NCBI RefSeq assembly: GCF_021869535.1
Contig: NW_026262667.1
Coordinates: forward strand, 4,960,001-5,024,000
Reading direction: 5' to 3'
DNA: 64,000 bases
Origin: Mytilus californianus
Taxonomy: Eukaryota
Both the position numbers and the translations under genes were made by a program. The notes below the pieces were generated by a model, which searched no databases, had not been told where the DNA came from, and saw nothing but the letters and a program-made list of their open reading frames with translations. Below, piece by piece: positions 1-10,825 of the stretch. Position 1 is the stretch's first letter. Each line of letters opens with the position of its first letter.

Positions 1-873
1 CACAAACCAAACGATATTCTAAAATTATTCAATCAACTAGGTTGTTTTGTTTTGTTTTGATTTGTTTTGTTTTGTTTTGTTTTTATATATTAAATTTGTT
101 TCAATGGAAGGTTAAGCACAGTAACTTTTGCTAGTGATTTAAACCTACGAAATAAGATTTAAACCGTCGAAATAATAAAAATAACATTTGCACATATAAT
201 TAAAAATGTTACTTTCAAGTAAACAAAAGGGTGATTTAAACACGAAATATGGTTAACCATTTTTTTTCTATTTTTAATCATATTTCATTGAGTCCTGCAT
301 GACAATGAAACGGGTCAGTGGATCATTTACGTCATACTTTTATCCTGCCACAAAAATAGGAATTCTTATAACACCTTTATATCAAAATTTATTCATCGGA
401 TTTTAAATTTGACGTCATTTCCTATTTTATTTGACAATTATCTGACGGACAGGAATTGGTTTTTAATCTTTGATTTCACATGTAGATATTTAAACTATCA
501 AGATCATTGTAAATGTGCGTATCCTACTTGAGTTAGAAATCCAAACCGAGAAACAATTTCGAGACAAATTCGTTATTATCAGTTAGTTATCTAAGCACAA
601 ATAGTTTTACTTAGTATTACATATAAAATCATTGTAATGTGCATGTGAGAAAACATGTCATTAAAGGTTTTTGTTTATTGTCCAAAATTTGCTGGAATTT
701 ATTAAAACTTTAGTAAAAGTCCACTAAACTGCAATCGGGGATATGCATCATTGATATATAAGCTTTTGCATGTGTTATCTAAGTCTAATGTCTATGAATA
801 AAGAGAAATGGGGGAAAGGGGTGGGGGTGCGTCAATAAGAGGGAGGCGAAAGATACCAAAGGGATATTCAAAC

Positions 874-1000
874 AATCTCCGGCGCAGAGTTCATATCCGT
901 TCCGTACATGCTCCGCAATACTACACTTAATATGACGTCATATTGAGTGTAGTGTTACGTAGTATTGAACGGAACGGATATGATCTCTGCGCCGGAGATT
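874..1000. mobile_element. 127-bp palindromic MITE with 11-bp target-site duplication
   Basis: Arms aatctccggcgcagagttcatatccgttccgt / acggaacggatatgatctctgcgccggagatt. GATATTCAAAC occurs at 863-873 and 1001-1011. Confidence 0.8.
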
Positions 1001-4000
1001 GATATTCAAACTGATAAGTCGGAAACAAACTGACAATGACATGGCAGAAAACGAAAAACGATCAAAAGACAAACAACAGTACACAAAACACAACACAGAA
1101 AACTAATAAAAGACTGAGCAACACCAGCCGCACCAGAAACCTAAGACAGCTACTCAACGACAAAAATAACCAAAAGACATCTAGATGGTAACATAAACAG
1201 TCTTCATCAATAGACGTCAAGCTCAGGGCTAATCATCTCTAAGAATATTCTTGGAAGTGAATTATGAAATGTGCATTCTAATAATTATGATGATCCTTTA
1301 CTTTGTATTTAAAGCAATGTTCTTATTCCACCGAAGCATGCGTGGGGTGCGCGTGCTCGAGTCTTAATTCAATTTGCAACGTTAGTTGTATTTTGAACAA
1401 CACTGGAAATCAAAATTGACATTTCTGCAGAAATTCTGTAAAATGAGAATGGTACATGAAAAGAATTATTTTGTATTTCCAATTCGTGACGCACAGATAT
1501 GGATACTATTGCATTGATTCAAGAGAGTGAAAATCACCAAATATGCTGTCAAACTGACTCGACAGTTGTAAGAAAATTCTGTAATCAACATACGCTGACA
1601 GAAAACGTTCGATATATCTAATGAGTTAAGGCATGTAGATGGTGGAATGTTACTGCATGACCAAATTAGGGCATATAGTGTTCGACGTAGGAGTAAGGGA
1701 GTAACCTTTTTTGAAAGACAGGCTGACATTTGTATCTGATATTTTATTGTTTATGTAGGAGCAAATTTAATTGCAGCCTTTTATAGATGTTTATAAATAT
1801 AGTAATTTTACAGCTATATATAGAAATACTCTATATATGGAAATACAATAAATATAGTTTACTATAAGTAACTATCGATGTGGGATACGTATTTCTGGAT
1901 TAATGGATTATCTGCAGTGTTTTACATATAAGATTGGATAATATTTATTTCAGTCATATCGATTTCACGCAATTAACCTAGTATAGTTTACAAATAGTAT
2001 TAATTTTTAATGTATTATAGCAGTTCCCACAGGTCTGGTAAAATACCAGGAACTGTTATAATAATTCTTTGCTAGTAACATCTATTAATTTGTAACAACG
2101 CAAAATTACTGGGGGAATTTCAATTGTTCCTTGGTGATAAACGGGTCTGAAAATGCTATCTTTAACAAATATTTAAATTTGTTATAAATGATCTTTAAAT
2201 AGAAAGTGCATTGGTGGAATATAGCACAATGTTTAAAGTATTGTGAGAGTTTTTGACATTAATTCTGTGAACGAGCCTTGAATTCGTATTTAGAGTAGGC
2301 ACACAATGGTTTTCATCAAATATGCCACGTTAGAGATAATATCTGTGCAAATATAGATCGTTTGCTACGGGATGAAATAATAGTCTATAACACAACAACT
2401 GCCGATAGCTCGGAAGCCTCAGCAACTTATCCAAAGGAACGAAGCCCCAATATCATAATACGTCCTTGTCCTAATGGTGATTGTGCATACGGTCATTTGT
2501 CTCTGTCCTGAAAAAGAACTAACGTTAAGAAAACAGCAACAGTGACAATTGTAGCATGTGTTGTTGTTCTACACGTTAAGACACAGCATATACAAGGTCA
2601 GGGCTGTGACAGGCAATCCTTCCAGTGAAAATCGCTAATAGACACCAGTAAAAGTGGGAGAGGGGAATTTCAATGCTTTGTTTGTACGCAATTTAAACTT
2701 TCAGGATTGTACTTTAGTTGGTTTAAAATTACTGTTTTGTTTACAGAATATTAATCAAAACATAAACATATTTGAATAATTTACTGATTTACAAAATAGA
2801 CTCTTATTTCAATAATAAAATGAATGAATCATTCTGTTTTATAATCATGTTTATATTTTTAATGGACCTTATAGTTAATTTAAATATACCTTGGTTTGTT
2901 AAATTTATTTTCTTTCAGAACATCGTGTCGACATGATATTCCCGCACAAACAAAAAGAAGCTCCGCTCCTTTAAGTAGAAGTTCTACCCAAGTCGCTTTC
3001 AGTTATTGCCATATCACTTTAAAACTATCATGATGGGGTAAAATCATAAGGATAGGAAGTATCCAGTAATCATAATCGGGTTGATTAAGTTTGTCCTTAG
3101 GAAATTGATTTGAAATACTTTTATATTTGTTTCAAAACAAGTGAACCAAATTACCTATTTAATTAAGTATTTTGCGCAACGATTTCGTGTCATTTCATGA
3201 CAAGGCATTGTAGATCGGTGCAGTAGACAGTGAGATTGAAAAAACAAAGATCTGGTTACCAAAACGCTATTTTTTTTTTTCGTCTTGCCTGTACTCAGGT
3301 ACCTGTAGTCCATGTAGGTGTAGCCATTTACTGTTGTATCCGAGATACGTGTATATTCTAATTTACCTCGAATATTTCGAAATTCAAAATTTTTACAAAA
3401 AAATCATTAAGATTGATAATGATTAACATTGTATGATAATCACAGTTTAGTTATATTGGGTTAATTTTTCGTTCAGTGGCAAGTATCTTACAGTATATTC
3501 GGGACGGCATTTAAATTGAAATTCACACAAGCAGCACTGAATCTTTAAAGGATTGAGCTGAATACAATTTCATCTTATTTTGAGTAATGACAAGTTTATT
3601 CTCTCCGTGTAGTCTAACATATAATTATAAATCACAAGAAAAAAATATATGTAAATGTGACCCAGTAACCTAGTGTTAAAAATATATGTCTCAACTTGAT
3701 AATGTATTTAAGACATTTAAACTTTAGATCAAAGAACAAAGTAAAGTTAAAGAGAACAAAGAAATCTACGTCTATAACAACCCGCCAAATATAAGAGACG
3801 TACGATATGGGTTGTGATTAACCAGGCATTTAGTACATAAAGCATGACGTATATATGAATGATCTGTTCTGTGTCTTATACAATGATCGTCTGATCAACG
3901 CTAGCTCACATGGATTTTATATATAGCTCTATAATTAGATATCAGCTGACTTAGTCACGAATTACCTGGCCAAGGGAATACCCTGAATGATATTGAATCA

Positions 4001-7000
4001 CCTTCCACGTAAATATATCCAACTGTAGTATGTACTTTGTCCTCATGGCGAGGAATGTAAACATGTAGAGTTAGTTAGAACGAGGTAACAACAATGAACC
4101 CGGAAAGCATTTATTTATTAAAATTAATAATATAACCTGTTCATATCTACATGGTACTGCATGGCAGTCAACCTTGTGCACCGACTCAATTAAAAAAGTT
4201 ATTTATCAAAACAAATGACACAAAAGATGATAGTATTGAGATTTCATCATACGTTAGATTTTCAGTTAGTATAGTTATTCACATGAACGCTTTTTTTAAG
4301 CAAATGCCTTTCTCCCTTGGTCATCATAGTTTGTAAGCTTTCTGGGGGACATGAAGGCGATCGATATTTCGGTAACATTAATTGCTATCAAAATCTCAGA
4401 AATGAAAAATCAGTCAATTGTTGCAAAAACTAACAATCAGTTGTATTCATTGTATATTTGTAAATATATTCACATCTTAAACAATTCAATAGTTTTAAAT
4501 GTGATATTTGTGGCGGAAACAAAAATTATTATAATTCGTCGAGCTTATTTTCTACAGAATGCATCCTTGTTGACGTTACATTGAAGATAAAGCATTTTCC
4601 AAAAGACAACTGGACTCTATATGTTCATTTCGTAAATGATATACACGAAAGAAATGTGACAATTTCAAAAGAGTAATGTTTTGTGTACATCTGTATGTAT
4701 TAGCACCCGTTAAACTGATTTCTTTGTTTGGCATAGTAGTGCACCAGATTTTCTTGCGGTCTCCTTTATCTATTGTGACAGTATTACCTGGTACACTCTT
4801 CTTTGTCCCAAGCTTACCTATAAAACTGATTTGTAAATAACTAAACCAACTTAAAACCGTTATCAACAATTAAAACTTTGTAGATAAATACACGACAAGC
4901 TGTCGCGTGGACCAGCTGTCATTTCGGTAATTGTTCACACCAGTCTTCCTAACACGCAATCGAATAAGCTGGTTGGCTACCTACATCCTATAGAAATTAC
5001 AAAGTTATAAAACATTTCGATATAATTTTCTTTGTTGTCACCTAGAGGGGACGGTCATATCACAAAGTAATATTTGGTGTTTTTACAAATTTTTTTTCGT
5101 GTTTGGAATGTAGTGACAGATGGCGCGTGCGACTGTGTATTCAATATATCACCTGTCGTTGACAAACTTAAAGTTTGACAGCTGTGTATTAATCAAACAT
5201 TAGGCACTTAGTTTACCGTTTGAAATTGCAGGCAGATGTCCTTTCCTAAGCAATACACCTAAAACGAAACCATAGTAACGGTCAGCACTGTTGCACGATT
5301 AAAAAAGAACAATGAGCTGTAACACAGATCAAACCAAAGATGACAAGGGATATTGATAAATAGTTTTGTTTATAAAGTCAGATGATATCAAGGGTGCAGC
5401 ACAAAGTAGGACTCAGACTGCCAAGTTTATTGGTGACGATTTAAGACTGTTATTTACGGCATTATTTTTTTTTGGAAAATTTAATCTTTTAATTTATTTA
5501 AAGTAATTTAGTTGAAAAATTCAGATTGCATTCATATTACGTTCTTTTATCATATTTTGCTGCCATCACAAAAAATTATCATTAAATAAAATGAAACAGA
5601 TAGGAATCCGACGCTTTCTATCAAAGATGAAAAAAGTAAAATCACAAAAATACCGAACTCCGAGGAAAATTCTAAACGGAAAGTCCCTAAGCAAATGGCA
5701 AAATCAAAAGCTCAAACACATCAAACGAATGGATAACAACTGTCATATTCCTGACTTGCATCGTTCCGAAAAAAAACATAATAAAAACGAAAATTGCAGT
5801 GACAAAGTCTGTGAAACCCTACAGCAGATTCCGATATTCACCTCATCCGTGGTCGTCTGTTGCCCATCGTCATCGTCGTCGTCGTTAACTTTTAAAAAGC
5901 ATTATTATAAAACTTTTGAGCCAATTTACACCAGACCACAATCACCCTCAGAGTAATTAGTTTAAATTGTACGCCGATTATACCTGTCGTCCATATTACT
6001 GGTCGCTGGTACTTTTCTATAGTAGTACCCTTTGTGAAATTTTATCGATGTCGAAATGTTGAACAACCAAGATGACAACCGCTACTTAAGCATAGCAAAT
6101 TTTATGAAAATATGTTTTTTAATCGTATCAATAGGTAATCAAATATATGAATAATGTTTGGGTAAAGTTCTCTTTCGAATATTTCCTGTAGCCAACCAAT
6201 ATAGCCAGAAATAAAGCTAGTATCTCAGCTACTTGTTAAATTATGGTGGCCTCTATCGTGCATGTAATTTATGTTTTATACTAAGAAATGAGGAACAATT
6301 CAACGTTATCACAAAATATTCCTATTTTCCGAAAGTAAAACATTACGTTAAGCAAACAATTAATTACTCGAACAATCTAATGCGTGTGTGTATGGTTTAA
6401 ATTTTGTTTCTTAGCAGATTTCCCAAATTGTTGACCCTCTAATTATTTTATAAGGAGTTGGAATTTACCCATTTAATCATTTAAAACATGTGGTGTGTCT
6501 CACTAATATATGAAATCCTGGATCCGACACTGCACATAGTTCTATAAATTTTATCCTTTTTGAATATAAACTGTTCCGGATTTTTCCAATACTTTAATTG
6601 ATTTTCTTTATCGTTCAATATAACTCACACAAAAGTAATTTCTTAGTCTAAATAATCAATGACTTATTAACTGAAGAGTGTTTTGTCTGTTTTCATGCTG
6701 GGTATACAGTGCTATGCAGATAAGTAAAACTTTTTCCTTTTTCGGAAGTACTAAAAATGTAATTAACTGCAAAGGCGTGCTAGGACTGAATCCAGGATAT
6801 TCCGCTATAAAGAACAAACTTTAGGTTCAATATTGAAAAAACTCGTTACTAAATAATAACCGGATGCTATTTTAAAATTGTCAAAGTTCTCTCGAATTAG
6901 CAATCAAATCACCTGTCTTTCACATTTCAGTTATCATAGCCTATTTATATATTGGTTTCTTTTTTTTTGGAGCCATAATGCCTTAAAGAAATGTTTTCTT

Positions 7001-8233
7001 TTCAATTCTGATTACTATATGCATTTCATGCATTGGTAGAGAAATATCGTAGTTTTGAACTTAGCAATGTCATCTCCGATATGTGATCTACACCACACAC
7101 AAGATCCGAATGACATCTGTATGTCAACTTACAAATGTACATAAAGAATTAAAACCATATTGTAATTTTCAATGGGATATGAACATTACCTATATTGATA
7201 TAAATATATTGGAAATATGAATCTTAATAACAACAAAATTGTTACAAGATTTTCCATAATTATATTCCTAAAGGATATTGATACCTAAACGGTATCCGAT
7301 TGGCTCTTGTTCAGAAGAATCAAGTATCGTTCAACTTTTATGAAAATTTTATATCCAAGATCAAATGCACATACGTGGAGGATGAAATCTTGCTTTAAAG
7401 AAAAAAATACGCTTTCTGTGCATCGTCAGATGACCGTCATATTACCCTTACAACATTTATATAAATATATGTGAACTCATACATATCCCTGTGCAACATA
7501 CGACTACAGCATGTCCGATGATCTTGCTGGGGTTTACACAATAGGGAATAATGGACAAAAAGTGCTGAATAATAATGAAAAGAGAAAAGTAGGGGGAAAA
7601 TAAGGAACAGAGAATAATGGTGTGATAGATTATAAAGAATAGAAAATAATGAGCAAAATAAAGAAAGAATAGAGAAAATTGGTCTAAAAATTAGAGAACA
7701 AATAAATGCATGACCCCCCATCCACACAAGCATGTACTCGAGTTAAACTTTGACCAATGTTTTATTAAAGACTATGGATACAGTATACTGAAAATACTTA
7801 GGAACAGACAACTCTAGAATTAACATCTGTCTGTTGTTGAAGACTGCATGTAGCCCTCTTGATGTCTATTTGTTATTATTCTCGGAGGATTTCGGTCTCA
7901 TTGACATATCCTCGCATGCATCTACCTTTGTTATCCTTATAATTATGGAACTATAAAAGACCTATAACGAATCTGTTGATAAAATCGAGTATGGAATTTT
8001 TCAGAGAAATTCAGTAGAATACATGAATAAAAAGTCCGAATAAGCAAAAAAAAAAAAAAGACAGTATTTTGGCATCCGGTCCCTTTATATGCCCATAACC
8101 ATGATACACTATACCAGCTGTATAAATGTATAATATCAATTCACCAACTGAAAATATTTACGTATATTAAGTTTTGTCCTGTTTTGATCCCTCGTATGTT
8201 TTTAAGAACTACAGCGATATAAGAATAAAGAGA

Positions 8234-8438
8234 TGTGGATGAGACAGCTATCCCCAAAACACCAAACGAGTACGAGGATGTAAACGATGTGGATGAGACA
8301 GGTATCCACAAGAGACCAAAGGACGAGGATGTAAACGATGTGGATGAGACAGGTATCCACAAGAGACCACAGGACGAGGATGTAAACGATGTGGATGAGA
8401 CAGGTATCCACAAGAGACCAAAGGACGAGGATGTAAAC
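8234..8438. repeat. 51-bp tandem repeat, about 4 copies
   Basis: Unit gatgtggatgagacaggtatccacaagagaccaaaggacgaggatgtaaac (first copy 54 bp). Confidence 0.9.
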
Positions 8439-8864
8439 AACTATAGGTCACCATACGACCTTCAACAATGAACAAAGCCTATACCGTTTAGTAGTTTATA
8501 GAATTTCAATAATGTATAATTACTAAAAGTTAAAAACAATCTTTTGTAAAACAAGGAGATACCTGATCAAAGGTACAACGTTATTGCTAAAATTTCCTGG
8601 AAGATTTTCAACGATGAGCGAAAGTGATTATATAAGGAGACGAGGTATGATTGCCAATGAGACAACTATACACCAAAGTTCAAATAAAGTGGATGTAAGC
8701 AATTAAAGGCAACCGTACGGCCTTCAACAATGACAAAAAAGGGCATTTATCCATCCCTCACCCATAACAACAAAAAGGACACTAAGTACAGATCTGAGAG
8801 TACTCAGTTACTGACAGCTAGTTCAAAGGCAATAACAACTAATAAAATAAATGGGGAATGTGTC

Positions 8865-9432
8865 CATGGGACACAGATGATGCCCCCGCTTGCATATAAT
8901 GTTATAAAGGGACATAACTCAAGAATTGTAAAAGTGACACTACCTAAATTTTTACTTGATCTGAGTTTTGTGGTATTAAGCATTGTGTATACGTTTCATA
9001 ACATTTGGTTGAGGCAAACTTAAGTTAGAGAAGGGAAACGAAAAATCAAGCAATTTTTCCATTTGTAAAGGAGTATAACTCTAGAACGGTTAAGTGACGC
9101 CACCAAAATTCAAACTTGATCTGTGTTTTGTGGTAATAAGCATTTTGTTTAATTTTCATAACATTTGATTGAGGCAAACTTAAGTTAGAGAACGGGAACG
9201 AAAAATTTAGCAATTTTTCAATTTGTAAAGGGCATAACTCTAGAACGGTAAAAATGACGCCACCAAAATTCAAACTTGATCTGTGTTTTGTGGTAATAAG
9301 CATTGTGTATAAGTTTCATAACATTTGGTTGAGGCAAACTAAAGTTAGAGAACGGAAACCAATTTTGGGACGTACGGACGGACGGACAAGGGTAAAACTT
9401 AATGCCCCTCCGCTACGGCGGGGGCATAAAAA
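8865..9432 (+). mobile_element. Helentron-like non-autonomous element (HINE/pearl-type) with ~160-bp internal tandem repeats
   Basis: Sub-terminal inverted repeat atgcccc (8880) / ggggcat (9421); about 3 copies of a ~160-bp unit; (GGAC)n microsatellite; 3' hairpin at 9402-9427 followed by an A run. Confidence 0.7.
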
Positions 9433-10142
9433 TCATGTATCTAAGACTAAATGTTTATTTTACTATGATGTGTATCTAGACAATTTTGTATCTGACTTGT
9501 GTTATATGTAAGAGTAAGTGTAAGACTACTGTGGTTGTTATGGTCCCCAGTGCATCCATACCTTATCTGCCATTCGGATTTGATTTGTTAACAATAAGCA
9601 GTATTTAAAACCTACTCAGAACGAATACACCAACGCACTATTTGTTCCGTATACTCTAGCTGATCTGGTTAATTGTAATTTCGTTGATTCCGAACCTCTT
9701 TCTACTACCAGTGTAGGGATATATTGAGGCTTAGGCTTACAAATTGTGACTTGGATGGAGAGTTGTCCCATTGGCACTCGTACCACATCTTCTTATATCT
9801 ATTAACCTACAAATTTCGTTGAAATGACGGTATATTCGAACTATTTGACCTTGACTAGTTCGTATTTGATTTAATTACTATCTATAACAGGCACATATCC
9901 GTGCGAGGAGGAGAAATATATTTTATTTCATCATTGTTATTGGCGCATACGTATTGATATATACAAGAATTAATCAAAACGCATTAAAATACAAACAAGT
10001 GCAAACAATACTTCTTTTACTCTGGATCTCCAACTTCGGTTGTAAGTAAGAGCTCCCTATTAAATACCAAGCAGTTAACATGTACTACTGCAATGTCTAA
10101 CAAATGTTGCACAAATAAAAAACAAATTTAATTGATATTCCT

Positions 10143-10148
10143 TTTATT
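10143..10148 (-). terminator. Candidate polyadenylation signal of GADD45-A (counterpart at 18401-18406 for copy B)
   Basis: AATAAA on the minus strand inside a ~70-nt block nearly identical between the two paralogs. Confidence 0.5.
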
Positions 10149-10825
10149 TCTATAACTAGGAAAACAATGAACATGCAAACATAACTGATGATTTATAAAC
10201 ATTCTAATGATATTTAACATGTCACATTTCCTAAAAAAAATTTCAGGACTCCTCCCGGGTCTGTAATCTTTGTATGATTTTTTTTATCCCTTATACATAT
10301 GTACAACTCGTCAGGGCCTTGACATACATGTACGTAGTCATCTAATCAGACTGGTCCAACGTTATCAATAACTGTTGAGACGTTCCAATAAAGACTGTAC
10401 AACGCGTCCGACAGAACTGTCAGGACTACCTCTTCATTCTTTTTTTACTTTTTATACTGCAATTGGGCAGAAAAGTTCTGAAAAAGATTTAAAATATTTT
10501 TAATGAAATAGCATTCTAATAATGATGGAATAATCCAGATTTTCGCCTGTAAATTAAATTTAACAGCAGCAAGAATTTTTCTTTACAACTTTTTAAATTG
10601 AATTTGTTCTTAAATATTTTTGTTAGCACAAACAGCTTATCATCGTCAAAGCAATATTCATTAAAACAAAGAAAAAAAAAGAAAGAAAAATCTGGTAATT
10701 TAATCAAATAAGGAAATACTTTTTTCAAATTATGTTGCTTAACCCTTTCTGTTAAAGTATTGCTTACAAAGATTTGTATATACTTACTATGAGAAATATA
10801 CACAGATGGCTGGGTTCATTCAACA

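Noticed and set aside
5591-5956. 121-aa ORF and similar short ORFs at 9046, 9254, 17002, 20483-21078, 25077, 43491 and 52068
   Set aside because: They overlap dispersed repeats that recur elsewhere in the window, where the frames are broken.
8141-8475. Repetitive ORFs on both strands (DVDETGIHKRPKDEDVN etc.); likewise 60838-61089 and the N-terminus of 46184-46684
   Set aside because: By-products of tandem repeats whose unit length is a multiple of 3. Only 46422-46661 is a real exon.
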